From NCBI RefSeq assembly GCF_006345805.1, contig NC_043001.1, forward strand, positions 131,564,001-131,628,000: a DNA stretch of 64,000 nt, given 5' to 3'. A program made the translations under genes and the position numbers. Below the pieces are notes generated by a model. It ran no database searches and was not told the origin of the DNA. It saw nothing but the letters and a program-made list of their open reading frames with translations. Source of the DNA: Octopus sinensis. Its lineage: Eukaryota. This document shows, in pieces, positions 26,667 to 40,800 of this stretch; position 1 is the stretch's first letter, and each line of letters opens with the position of its first letter.

Positions 26667-28490
26667 TTTTTAACTGGCAGCAAATTTTGTATGTAGTTAA
26701 TGGCAAAAGAAAAAATTTAAAAAGAAAAATGTGTTTTGTGTATTTTGTAATACTTGTTCCATGAAGCTGGAATGCAGATCTAAGGATGATGGTCTTTGGC
26801 AGCGGGAGAAATTACATGAAAGAAAGAAAGAAAACTTATATATGTAAAGAAAAGCTGACACTTGTATGTAGTTTGCCCACTACACTTAACCCTTCCCCCT
26901 CCACCGCCACCTTCCCAAACCAGCATCAAACCACCTGTCTCCCCCTTCACCTCATTACAGTATTTATTAGATGTTTATAACTGCATGATTAAATGTATTC
27001 TTTGATTATATTGCTGGTAAAAGATGAAAACATGTCGACCAAAGAATGACCAAGACTATGCTGTCTGACAGAAGTTGCTCAGCTGTCAAACAGCTTAGTC
27101 ACCTCTTTTCTTTTCTTTTTTTTTTTTCATATATATATATAATTCATGTCCTGTCCTCCTCCTTCGCGAATATTGAACAAACAAGACTGAAAAGGTACGA
27201 GAAAGAAACAAAGCCTAAAGATTGTAAAGAATAATACTTGAAAATAAAGTGAAAAATATAATTCACAAGATATTTGGTTCTCTGATGAAGATAGAAAAAT
27301 GTAATATAGAAGATATATACATACGGTCCTCTGTGAAGGAAAAAGAGTGAGAGAGTTAACTAATTAAAATTAACTATGGTCTCTGGTTTTAAAAATAAAA
27401 TTATATATATAAATAGAAAAAAATATATATATAAGCTTTTCCACGATCATTTTACTCACCATTTTTTTATAAAATTTAGTGGGAAGAAAAAGTTTTTTAA
27501 ATTAAACAATTCTTGATGGTATTTCTGTGGCATTTAAAAGGAAACACAGAAACAAATATATATAAATTTAAAATTGAAAAAAAAAAAAAACACAAATCGA
27601 ATTTCAAGGGAGACAACTTGAAATTATGTCCAAATTATTCATTTCGATTATCCATTGATGGTTGTTTGACAGGGTCTGGGGTTTCAAAGTTTTAATAATC
27701 AAGCAGTCATTCATTCATTCATTCATATCTTCATTCATTTATTTATTTTAAACATATTTTCCAATTAGATGAGGAATGAAGTAATTTCTTAGCACAGTTA
27801 ATGATATCAAGGCTTCCTTATTGTTTTGTTTTATTACTTAAATAAAAAAGTGTTACATTGTATTTCATATGAGAAATACAATGGTTTTTTTCTTTCTTTT
27901 ATACACAAACACACACACCACACACGACCGCATACACACACGCACACACACACACACGAACACGTACATATATGGATGGATGGATGTTTTTATATAACTG
28001 GGTTGTGAAAATATAATCTATCTGGAAATTTTCTGTTGTCAATGCCAACATATTTAGCTATTATCACAATTGTTATAAAGTTACATAAATCTATGTGCAT
28101 TCTTTTATGTGTACATGTGTGTGTCTACAAGTATATATTAGATTGTCTTCCGAATAATATTGTTGAATAAAGAAAAAAAGAATGAAAAAAAATTGCGTAA
28201 TAACACAATTTGTTGTTGTACACGTTATATGACCAAAAATATTAGGAATCTTCAGGCCATTGCACATTAAGAAAGAAAAATAAAAACTGAGTGTAAAGCA
28301 ATTTACATTATCATACTAACATACTATGAACATGTGTATAAACTCATAAGTTGAATAAATATAGTCCTGTACACGATAATGCATATATGAGCATATGACA
28401 AAGATAACAATCCCCATGTATACGAATACGAATATAGTTATTTATATAGATACCTAAATAGAAATTCACATAAATTCTGTAATTACCCAT

Positions 28491-28753
28491 ATTATTATTG
28501 TTGTTATTATTATTCATATACACACAACAGATTAGACTGTTGGAAAAGAAAAGTTCATAACATCGGGCTACAACAAGTAACACTAGATGTCAAGAACCCT
28601 CCTAAATATCCTAGCTCTCCCTAATAACACTGTTTCCTGGAGCTGTACTAATCTGGGTTTTATACCTGTTTCCTCTATCCATCTGTTCAAATCTTTAGGG
28701 ATAGTTCCTAATGTACCTATAACTACTGGGATACATTTTACTACACTTTCCAT
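28491..28753 (-). mobile_element. 3' stub of an R4/Dong-clade non-LTR retrotransposon (C-terminus of the RLE region) with (AAT)n tail
   Basis: 28753-28583 reads MESVVKCIPVVIGTLGTIPKDLNRWIEETGIKPRLVQLQETVLLGRARIFRRVLDI*, matching the 'PVVIGALG...Q...LLGTA.ILRKVL' end of R4/Dong/Rex6 ORFs. Both ends abut (ATT)n. Confidence 0.75.
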
Positions 28754-28780
28754 ATTATCATTATTATTATTATTATTATT

Positions 28781-29330
28781 GAGTGAGAGAGCAGTTCATG
28801 CCATCAAAGTGACACTGGGGTAAAATATACGAAGCCCAATATACCCATCATGACTACCGTCTGATAAAGGTACACAGGCACATGCATCACAACCATATGT
28901 GCGCGACATGGTGATCTCATATCAAGATAAACAGCACATGACCTTGCAGGTGGGGCCCAGTTAGAATTTTCTTCAGGTTGAGTAGCCCATCCTGCTCAAA
29001 CGGTCCCTGAATAAGGGTGCTTTAGGATGTTGAACGAAACACCTATGTTTCCAGAGGTGAACCATTCAAACTCCAAAGAATCCCTCTCAACACATGGCCA
29101 TGATGCTCCCCCACTACTTCTGCTCGTGATCAGAGATGCACATATCGTCAGCACTAAGGGACATGCTCAACTGGTTAAGGTCAAACAACTGACAAGCAAA
29201 TCTGTGGTATTGAGCAGAATATTTGCTGTAGCCCATCTTTTATACCAAGACAAAACAATGTACATGATAACACTTCCAATCAGTAAGATCAGAAGCCATG
29301 AGAGCCACTGCCTGGTACTGCATCAGGGCA
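28781..29330 (-). mobile_element. 550-bp non-coding interspersed element sitting inside an (ATT)n tract
   Basis: GC-richer block with sharp (ATT)n borders on both sides and no credible ORF. Recognised from memory as a recurrent octopus repeat; strand inferred from the (AAT)n tail and uncertain. Confidence 0.55.
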
Positions 29331-29373
<43 letters not shown>

Positions 29374-29899
29374 TTGGCAAAATTGTTAGAATACCAGATG
29401 AGATATCTTAAAGTATTTATTCTGTCACTCTCCATACAATGTTCAATTACCGCCAGGGCTTACCATGGTTGATAAGGCAAGTACCAGTCATGTACTGGGT
29501 GAGTTCAATGAACTGTAATCTATTACATATCATGGCAATGACTCAATGTAAAAAATAGTTACAACAGTTACACAACAACAACAATAATAATTACTGAGCT
29601 CGGATTTTATGGAACAGGTTTTTGAAAGGAAAACACTACATATAAAACATTCCAACCCGAAAGAAAAAAAAGAACAAGCAATTGGACCCTTTTGTGGGAT
29701 CATGCTCGTATCTTCTGGTTCTAGTTGAATGCACTTACTGCCAAAATGGTCAGATACCAGTAGATTAAATGCAGTCAACCATAATTTGATGGATATGAGT
29801 TCCAACTGATTATTTTTTGTTTGTTAGTTTTTTTTCTCTCTTCTTTTTGAGATTACACTTTCATGTATAGTGTGTTTTATGCATATAATATATAGGCTT

Positions 29900-29946
29900 A
29901 CACCTACCCTCCATACATACACACACACAGCATATATATATATATA

Positions 29947-30006
<60 letters not shown>

Positions 30007-30146
30007 GTGTGTGTGTGCGTGTACTTACATGCATATTTATGTGTACTGAAAGATTTAGCCTTAGCTTCAAAGGAAAAGCTAACAGCCTATTATGCATGCA
30101 TGTATGTGTGTGTATGCATATACATATATATATATACATATATATA

Positions 30147-30201
<55 letters not shown>

Positions 30202-31082
30202 TATATGTATACACACATACATATATACACACATACAAACATATATACACACATACAAACATATATACACACACATACATACACACACACACATATATAC
30301 ATGCAGACGCACACACTCAGATACATACATGTATATAAACTCATATTCGTACCTGGGTGCATATACATAGATATACACTTACTATATATATTCTTATGGT
30401 TATTCAGTCAGTTATTAGTAAAATTTTAATCAAAAGGTGTGCTACACTTTGATAAAATGCTCAAAACGAATGGTAACTGGCAATCTCTTAATGTGTCTGT
30501 CTTTAATGCATATGTGTCGGTGTGTGTGTATGTTTGCAAATGAAAGAAAAGAGCACACAAACATGGTGTGGAGTTTATATTTATTGGAAAACTGTTGGTG
30601 ATTCCTGCTGTTGAATCACTAACTGGTCCCAATATATGTATCTATATGTTGGGACCATATATTTCGTAAACACATACGTATATACCTAAGTATAAGGCCC
30701 ACATTTCTCAATTCTCTTGGTGATTCTGATAATTTTTTTAATATTTTACTTTTCTAAAATGTGATTTATTTTGCCAATTCTTTCTTCCTTCTTTAACATG
30801 AATTTATGCACCACTGCCGAAAATTCCCCCAAAATTTGTTTTAAAAAAATGATTTCAAAATGAAATATATATACACACACACATGTAAATACGTACATAT
30901 ATATATATGTATGTGTACGTATACAACATGTATGTGAGGGTGAACTTATATGTATATGTGTGTGTGCATGAGTATGTGCGTATAGATATATATGTGCATT
31001 TATTCATATATGTGTGTATATATACATATATATATATATATACACATGTATCTATGTGAGAATATATATACATGTGTGTTTG

Positions 31083-31172
<90 letters not shown>

Positions 31173-31646
31173 ATATATTTATACATTTATATATATATGT
31201 GCACTTGTTTCCTTGGTGCTTTTCACACTGTTAGCTGTAGATGCCTGCACAGCATTACCTGCTTCAGTTGTTTGCTGCTGCAGTCAGACACCATGGTTCT
31301 AATATACTATTTGCTGTCTAGTGTGCCTTTAGGATCTATCAGAAGTTTCTAATAATCCATGTCCATAGTTGATAATTCTCCCCTTGGGCAGCAGCATCTA
31401 TTCCCATCTACCAGCCTCCTTCATCCTACCTTTTGGTCGGCCGGACCCTCTCCATCATCTGTATCACACATACATGTACATGAGCACACGCACACACACA
31501 CACACACATACACACACACAACACACACATTCATAAAACCACCTCCACATTTCCGGCCACAAGTGCTCTGACTGACTGTAGTATTGCAAATAGCTCATTC
31601 TAAATTGTTGTGCTCTTTACCATATGTATGTGTGTATGTATGCATG

Positions 31647-31703
<57 letters not shown>

Positions 31704-31900
31704 ATGTATATATATGCATGTATATATATATATATGTATGTGTGAAGGTGTGTGTATATGTAAAGTTATGTGTGTGTGTACTTATATATATATATATGCA
31801 CACACATACATATATTTATTTGTATGTATCTGTGTGTGGTGTGTATATATATATATGTGTGTGTGCGTGTGTGTATATATTTCATAATATATATAAAGAT
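29900..31900. repeat. Cluster of degenerate (TA)n/(CA)n/(TG)n arrays
   Basis: Read directly (29900-30370, 30860-31200, 31480-31530, 31620-31900). Confidence 0.85.
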
Positions 31901-34102
31901 ATGTAGGATAGATAGATAGATAGATAGGTACATAGACCTTTGTGCATCATAATCCAAAAAAACATTTAAGTAACATGTCTAGAAAATTTTTACCTTCTAA
32001 AGAATTTTTTTGTTTTCTTCCATATTTTTTTATTTCCTTTTCTGTATTTTGTTATTTTAGCTCCATTTTGCATTTTTGTTTAAAATCATCTTTATGTCAT
32101 GTTTAACTTGAATTATTTTAGTCCCCACCCCAACATCTATTTATATATACATAAGTTAATTTCACTGAAAAATGTATACGTATTGGTCCATGAAGGAGTT
32201 GGTGAGAAGATGATAGCATTTTTAAAAAAAACTATTTCTTTTACAAACTTTTCTCCATGCCTCCACCCACTCTATCTCCATTTTCTTTGTTTTGGTTGGT
32301 TTGCACCTACTTCTTTTTTTTAAATATTTCTATTTAAAATTTATAGAGAAGTGCATATATATTCATGTTTGTTTGGTATGTAATTAAAAGACAATCACTC
32401 TAGTGAACCATTGTTCTACTTTTCATATTTTGTTTCATTTCCTCTAGACATTTTACATGTATTAGTAGAGCCTTTTTATGGTTGCTTTATTTTTATGATG
32501 TTTTTTTCTTTATACATATATATCTATATATATCTATATATCTATATATATATATATATAAATGCATTTTTTTGTTCAGTTGCTGAGTTTTTAAATATTA
32601 ATTTAATGGCAAAATCAGTTAATATGGTACTTCTTGCTGCTGTCTAATTTTGATAATAGATTTTAATCTCTATATTTAAGTTATTTATTAATAGATGGAT
32701 TGTTTTAAAATTCAGAATTCTCCATTATCAAGACATGGTGTGTATTTTTACTAATTGCTCACTAACAGCATTAGCTTTCTTAGTTAATTCAATAGTCTTC
32801 CCCCACCCTTAATTTCTTCCACATTGCATTTAGAGGTTCTGATATTGTTGAATTAAGTTTCTACCAAAGAGATTTTATTTTGTGCCAGTAGACCTGTCAA
32901 ATATTATGAAGGAATTAAAATGAATTTTATTCATATATATATATATATATATCTATATACATATATATATACAGAGTGAAAATTTTATGTGCTGATTTAC
33001 CTAGATACCTACAGTAAATTGGTTATGCAATACAGCTGAGGAATGACAGACTTTAAAGGACCAGTTAATAAATCTCCTGTAAATGTATACATACATGTTT
33101 TGGACATAATGCATGTATGTATAAACACACGCATACACACACATATTTTATGTATGTGTATAGGGAATGAATATGATGTAGAATATTCAAACAAAGTAAA
33201 AGAGTATTGAATATTTGTGGCAATATATATGTATATATTGATATTACCGAAATATATATTTTTTCACTATTATTATTCTGAATTTCTCATTAAAGAATGG
33301 GTTGAATGACCTTTCATTTTTGCAAGAAACTCAGAGTAACAATAGTGAGAAAGTTTAATTTCCTATACAAAAATATACATCAAAGTATATATATATATAC
33401 ATGTATATATAAAGTGCATATATTCCTCCTACGCATTTAATGCGTGATGTTTCATCTAAGTATGGTATTTCAGTTAGAGGAATTTAGAGGCAAAGAAAAA
33501 TTATTGCAAACTATTCAGAACTATTTTTTCTTTTTTCCAAATTATTTTTATAAATAACCCTTACTTAAAATGAATATTTCTTTCAACCATCTTAAAAATT
33601 ACACCAAGTTTTGAGTTATGGAGAAAAATTGTATTATCACTGTTACTTTCAGTGTTATTTAAGAAATACAAAACCAAGTAAGCATGTTGATCTATCATGT
33701 GGCTAACTAGCCTTGCTTTACTCTTCATTTACAATTCTCTGTAAATGAATTGAATTCAAAGTCAAGGACTTAGCAACTGTTATCTTTTAGTAGCTAGAAT
33801 ATTATCTGCTGATACTTTTAGCTACATTTTATTTATACACCAATATTATTATCATCTACATTTGCCTCAGTATACAGTGCTGTTTCAATGCATTATTTTG
33901 AATTTATTTCATCTCTTATGACTGTGTGATGCGCTTGAGTTATTTTACAGTGAAATATTGCCTGGTTGTGGTCTTGTCAATCTAGTTTGAAATGACAATG
34001 TGTTTATACATTACTGCTGACAATATTTTAAAAAGTTATATAAAAAAAAAAAGACAAGTTATAAAGTAATCAAATAAATAAATGAATAAGAGTGGAAATG
34101 AA

Positions 34103-34140
<38 letters not shown>

Positions 34141-36186
34141 CATTATTATTATTATTTCAAAAGAACTCTGTCTTATAATCACAGATCCTGTCATTTTCCA
34201 AAGAAAAAAGAAATTAAGAGAAAGATGCAAGAAATGAAAAGAAAGAAAAATTAATAAATCAAACTTTGAGGAAAATGTTTTTAACAAAGTTTACCCCTAT
34301 TCCAATAAAGTGACCAAAAGCTTTCAAAATGAAAGTAAAACAAAAAGAAAAATGAATGAAAATAGTAATTTAATCATAAAAGGAAGCAATGGTGAAAGAA
34401 ATCTTAAACTTAAAGAGTGCAGTAATATTGTTAAAGCAAACTTTGACATGTTTTGTTGAAACAAGAACTTTCAGCATTCTGCAATTGATGGCCAATGAGC
34501 TGCATTTTATATGCATTTTCATCAATACTTCTTAACAGAACAAATACAACAATATATCTATACATACATGCATACATACAAACACACAAACCAATAAAAG
34601 AGGAATTTTCCTGTTTAAAAAAAAAAGACTTTGTTGAACCAGTCTTTGTGAATGAATAATCTTCAATCACAATGGTCACATATTTTTACATTTGAAATTC
34701 CCTGGGTATTATTAATTGTGAATTTCATCACTATTTCAGAAAGTGTATTTTTTTTCTGCTGTATATTGCAATTTTCCCACCAACCTCCAAACACCACCAT
34801 TATCACTACCAACAAACCCACCCACCCACCCCCATCCCACATCTGCAGACAACAAGATTGACAACATATTTCAAGCATAGCTTGATACTCTTCTAGTGAG
34901 TAAAATTTGTTGAATGTTTTACAATTTTGGTAGTTCTAGTTGTAGCTCTTGGCTGGTAGTGTTTTAGTGAGTGAAAGAAAAACTTGATCACCACAATATA
35001 TAATATTTATTATTATTATTATTACTATTATTTTTTACTCTTTTATGTTTGTCTGAATTTGTGATGTGTATGCTGATATTGTCACTGGTTATTTTTATTT
35101 ATTTTTTTAGCTAGTGTTCATTATTAAACCACCCATCCACCCACCCTTGATATACTCTTCTCTCCAACACTACTACCACCATCAGTCATCACCACCTAGG
35201 CAAACATACACGCATAAAACTAAACCTTGCCCTTCAATTTACATAGCATATAATTTAAGTAAAAAGATAAACATATATAATTATTTCATACCATTGCACA
35301 TCCCACCTATCCCAACCACCCAAAATTTTTGAGATAAAAAGATGTCCCCCTTCAATCTCTATCCCACCAAGACAATAAAACCAAAGAAATTTGTTCAGTT
35401 TAAAATTTTTTAATCTCCTTTTTTTTTATAAAGTGACTGTTGAATGCGAGAACTGTCTTCCTACCCTAAGTCTTTGGATTGTAAAATGTATTTAGAATAT
35501 TTTTTCCTGACTTATGCAAAAAGAAAAAAAAACACACTAGTAAACATGATTAAACTTCTTTCTTTTCCTTCCATCCCTCCTATATTTGTTTCTAGGTAAA
35601 AACACGAAAAAAACAACACTAATTGAAAAAAATTATGTAAATATATCTGTTTATAACTGTTAGGTTTCTTTCTTCTAACTATATATATATATATATATAT
35701 ACATATATATATACATACATGCACATACATATGTGTGTGTGTGTGTATATATATATATACACATATATTTCTCTCTTTGTTTAGGAGACAGTTTGTTTTT
35801 GGCAGTTATTGTCTACTGTACAGTTAAAAATCTTAACATTATTTTTTAGCAACAAATAAAGAAAAATACCAATGTTTTAGGAGTCAACATTGCTGTTATA
35901 CCTGTGTGTCTGTGTATGTGTGAGCGTGTGTGTACATATATATTTATTTATTTATATATGTGTATATATGTATGTATAAATGGTCATGGTCTGTATTTAT
36001 TATTATATATGATTCTGACCGCCCCCCCTCTCCAGTTATAGTGGTAACACCGCACGGCATAAAAGGGAGCGCTTTAAGAGGTCTTTTGTGAACGACTGTT
36101 CTATTATTACCATTACATTTTTTTATACATATACATATATTTCTGAATATTTGAATAACTTGTGCTGCTGTGGCTACATGGTCATT

Positions 36187-36235
<49 letters not shown>

Positions 36236-37236
36236 GTATATGTATATATATATAAAACAAAAAAACTTATATATTTATATATATATGTTTTTTTGTTTTG
36301 TTTTATTTTTTCCAATATTTTAGTATATTTTTCCCTAACTATTTCTCAATGAAGATAATCAGAATCAAGCTAAAAGAGTGAGAAAAAAATAGAACTGAGT
36401 GAAGGGAAGTATGTTATTGTGATGTAAGAAGAAGGAAAAATCTAATGTATCCGATAGGGCTCTGTAAGGAAGAAAACACATGAGCCCATGTTGGAAATGT
36501 TTGATTTTTCTTCTCTTTGCGACACGACAACTTATCTCAAATTTTAGTTTATATCCTGATATGAATACAAGTGAAATCATAGGAAATATTACAGTGGATC
36601 AATTGCTAAAGACAAAGTTGATTTTCATTGTTTTTCTTCTCCCATGTTAATTATCATATAATAGCATCCTTACGGTATTGTCTCTGTCCTATTCTGTTGG
36701 AGACATATTCATTGATTGGTGATAACTGATATAATTTCAATGTAGTATTGTGAGATGGTGATTGTAATTCTGTGTAGTGCTACTTTGTTTCAAATATTGA
36801 CAGCCACAGCAGTTCAAGTTTTGTTTTTTTTTTTGTTTTGTTTTTTTTGTCAGTATGTATTAATTGTATGTAAGGCCTTTTAGAAAAATCATTGTGTCCT
36901 TGTGTGACTTGATGAAGGAAATTTTTCCCCTTAACCTAAGTATCCTAGGTTTTAGGGAAAATATATCAGTGATTGATTAACCTTGAAGAAAAATTACGTA
37001 AAAAAGAAAAGGTGAAAAATAAGAAGTGAAAATATTTTTTTTATGTAATTAATTATATATTTGTGTGTATATTTGTGTGTATATATTTATATATGTGTAA
37101 TATGTGTGTATGCATGTGATATGTAATTTTATATATATAACCACATATACACACATGTAAACATATATAAATATATATAAGTAAGCTTACAAAATATATT
37201 GAAATATGTGTTATACATGCATATATACTTACATTT

Positions 37237-37267
<31 letters not shown>

Positions 37268-37419
37268 GTACACATACATATATATATGTTATAAATATGT
37301 ATATATGTGTTTATATATGTGTAAGTGTATGTGTGTATGAGTATATATGTATATATGAATGAATATATATATATAGGCATGTGTGTGTTTGTTTGTCTCA
37401 ATATATATATATATATAAG

Positions 37420-37456
<37 letters not shown>

Positions 37457-37509
37457 GTGTGTATGTATATATACATATATATATATATATGTATGTATAT
37501 GTATGTATG

Positions 37510-37549
<40 letters not shown>

Positions 37550-37552
37550 CAC

Positions 37553-37830
37553 AGAAGAGTGCGATTTCCATTTTGTCCACCTTTGAATAGTTTTGGCCAG
37601 AGAAGACGGATTGGCCAAATTGCTGCTAGTCCTACCGTAGTGCCTTTATCGTTAAGATAATCTTGAGTTCGTATCATGACAGGTCTGAAGGAGAGTTGTG
37701 CACTTGAGAAATACACCTAGACATGTTTCGAGCTCTGATCAGTTGTGATCAGTTGGTTGCAAATGACTGCCTTGTAAGGTAATTGACCTTTGGATGAAGG
37801 AGAGCTCCTGGAGATAATCGTGCATGTTTC
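37553..37830 (-). mobile_element. GC/CpG-rich repeat remnant with a degenerate minimal type-I hammerhead-like motif (37714-37759); possible Penelope-like terminal region
   Basis: Minus strand reads CAACCAA-CTGATCA-caactgatcagagctc-GAAA-CATGT-C-TAGGTG. It abuts the long TA/TG array at 37050-37552. Confidence 0.4.
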
Positions 37831-40800
37831 ATTATTTGGATAGTAGTGAAAAGGAATGGCATTACTTGTTTCCTTTTTTTTCTCTGCATCTGATCTGCAG
37901 ACAATTTTTTTCCTTTACATTGCTTGTTATTGTTGATTTGTTTTACTGATCCGATCATGAAATTGATAAATTTGCAGGTTATAGAGATGATGTACCATCT
38001 ATTTAGCCATAGTTACAGTGCACGAGGGAATTAGTATTCTTCGTAATGGTGATTAACAGGTGACAATGACGACACTGATAGCCACTATAACTATGACATA
38101 ATCATATATGAAACAGTCTTGTGAGAGTTTCTATTTTTTCGTATAAGAAAAATAAGATATTGCCAAAAGCAAAAAAAAATTCCCCAATGAAATTATGATA
38201 ATAATTTTACAAAGCCTGTGACATTACACAGTAAGACATTTTTTATTTCAAAATAGTTGCTGCTTGTTTTTGTTTTTGTTTTTGTTTTTTCTTCACTCTC
38301 CTTATTCTATCATTTTTTAATTTCCTGCACAACTTACACTTTTGGTAAATGTGAATCTGATTTCTGTTATTTTGTTTTTAACTTTCGTATTAGTTTAAGA
38401 AACATTTATTTCCTACTCTTGATGTAATCTGCCTGGCCCTATCAATCATTAAATAAAATGAAATTGGAATGGGTTGAAGAAAATTGTCCAGATTAACATC
38501 TTTAGCATCAAGGAAATCTATTTTAATTATACTCTAAAAAGAAAGGAGATTCTGTCAGAGTTGTAGAATGAATAAATATAAAGATTCTCAACTTAGTACG
38601 TTATGCATAAATGTAAAATAACAATGACATTTTTCATTTATCTTGAATAAGAGTTATCTCTCAATTAAATTAAAAATTAATTTGAATTGACAAGGCATAT
38701 ACAATATAAATCACTTGAAAATCTATATTCATTGAGCGGTGATACAAAAGTACTTTAAATGAATTGACTTGTTAACTGTCACTCTTAACTGAAAATAAAG
38801 AAGAAAAAATATTTAGATGGTGGTACCCCAGCATAGCCAGAGGCTAATGTTTTGAACCAGTAAAAGAGTAGCTTCTCAAAAATGATTCCTTATTGCTATA
38901 GCATCACTAGAATCAGACTTGATTAAATAGTTTGTTCTAAGAAATCCCTAACGTTCTATTCTTCTCCCTTGACTTATAGTCAATATACACTATTGATGGA
39001 GGTTTTTAGAATAGAAACTGAATTATATAATCTCCAGTCTTAGGCAGCAATGAATAAGTAAAATAGTTTAATTCTAAATTGTTTTATTGTAAGTTAAGTT
39101 TGTTTGAAATTTTTTTCTTCTTTTAATAATGGAAATATATTCTAAAATAATCTGAAAGGTATTGATTTACTTCCTTACTCTATCAGTCATTACCCTAATT
39201 TATTGAATTTCCTTTTCTTTGTTTTGATTTACACAGGCTCTAGCTTGTATTTATTATGTCTAACTAACTAATAGTAGTTCTTTCCTTTTTAATTTTTGAT
39301 CTATTCATTCTTTATGGATTCTCTATGTTTTTTTATTTCTCTCTGGGATCAGTTTTAAGGAATGATCACATTAATTGTCATTTCATTGTAGATATCCCAT
39401 TTACTTTGAAATCAATAATTGAGTGAACAGTGCCAAAATTTGAAATCCAAAAGCATGGAGTTCAAATCTTGCTGGCTAATTTGCATCCTCCACAAAAAGA
39501 AAGAAAAAAAATGGCTGAGAAGGTTAAAGCTGTTGCAGGAAGGATTTCCATTAGTCATGGAATATATGATGCTGGACTAAGAACTCTTCAGCTCTCTAGG
39601 CCTTATTACTTTATTTCCAGATTATTATATTGATAGTACACCAGTCTCTTCACATCAAAAAAAAATCACAATCATAATCACCTATTTGTAGGACAAACGT
39701 ATTTCACCCTCAATAGTATAAGCAGTGATATAACATTGATTTCTCTTTGTGCTTGTAATATGTTAAGTAATATGTCTAAGGTCACCATATATTCATTTAA
39801 GCCTAAAAATTCTGATAATTATTAACTTTTCTTGTTTTTATTTTGTAGCTTTAGTGATCATTGTTGTAAAAAATCAGAGTATAATAGAATGGTCAGTACT
39901 GGAAAATGTTATATAAAGAGCAGAGTGAGGGAACATTTGGGATAGACTGTTTAAACAGAAATTAAAGCCGTCAGCCTTTGTACATTTGTCATGATTTAAA
40001 AGCAAAATTGGTGGTATTCAAAGTGTGATGAGTTTTGATTCCACAACTCTTAGCCCCAATAATACCACAAAAATCATGTAGAATATTGGTAGAATTGTTG
40101 TAGAATTTCATCTTAATAACATTGAATTATTTAAAAAGTATACATAGCATTGTTATGAGAGAGATTTTCATACATGTCAAATATGAATTATAATTCAATT
40201 CTTACCAATGCATTTCTGTTTTATTTCTCTCTTGGCTAACTAGTATTCAAGTCACTGTTTGTTACTGGACATGACACAAAATGAAGAATTACACTTTTTA
40301 CATTTTTTCTTTCAAATTCTAATCCAGTAAACTAAAGTAGAATCTAAATTCCAGGAAAAAATTTATTTTATTTACATGAGAACAGGGGACTTGATGTGAT
40401 TTATATATATATAAATAAAAAAATTTTCAAAACATTTTTAGGCTGTTGTTCTCCCCTGTTCCTAGTTTAGGATGAGATCTCCGTGAATATTCCCCCAAAA
40501 TATTTCAGAAACAAAAAAGCCTTTCATTCTCTTACTTTTGTGATACACACTCCATTATATTTATCTCAGGACATTCCAAATATCAAAGGACGTCTCTTCC
40601 TACCCATGAAAACATGGATTGGATCTGATTTTACTCATGTCTAGTTTTGGAGTCTGAATTTGATAGGTTATAAATGCTTACGGAGACATTATTGTGTTAT
40701 ATCTGTATCTAGACGTTGACCTATTTACTAATTAGTCGTATAGGAGAGTCAGTTTGTTCCCTAACATCCATTATTCTGCTATATGGGAATTAAATTATCT

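Noticed and set aside
29270-29330. HDV-like or hammerhead ribozyme at the 5' end of the 550-bp element
   Set aside because: A P3-like GGC/GCT stem exists, but there is no matching P1, no P1.1 GG and the L3 is non-consensus. CTGATGC lacks the A of CUGANGA.
31196-31302. Signal-peptide-like frame [20 protein letters not shown]...CCC
   Set aside because: There is no proper Met or acceptor outside the microsatellite and it stops after about 35 aa; probably chance.
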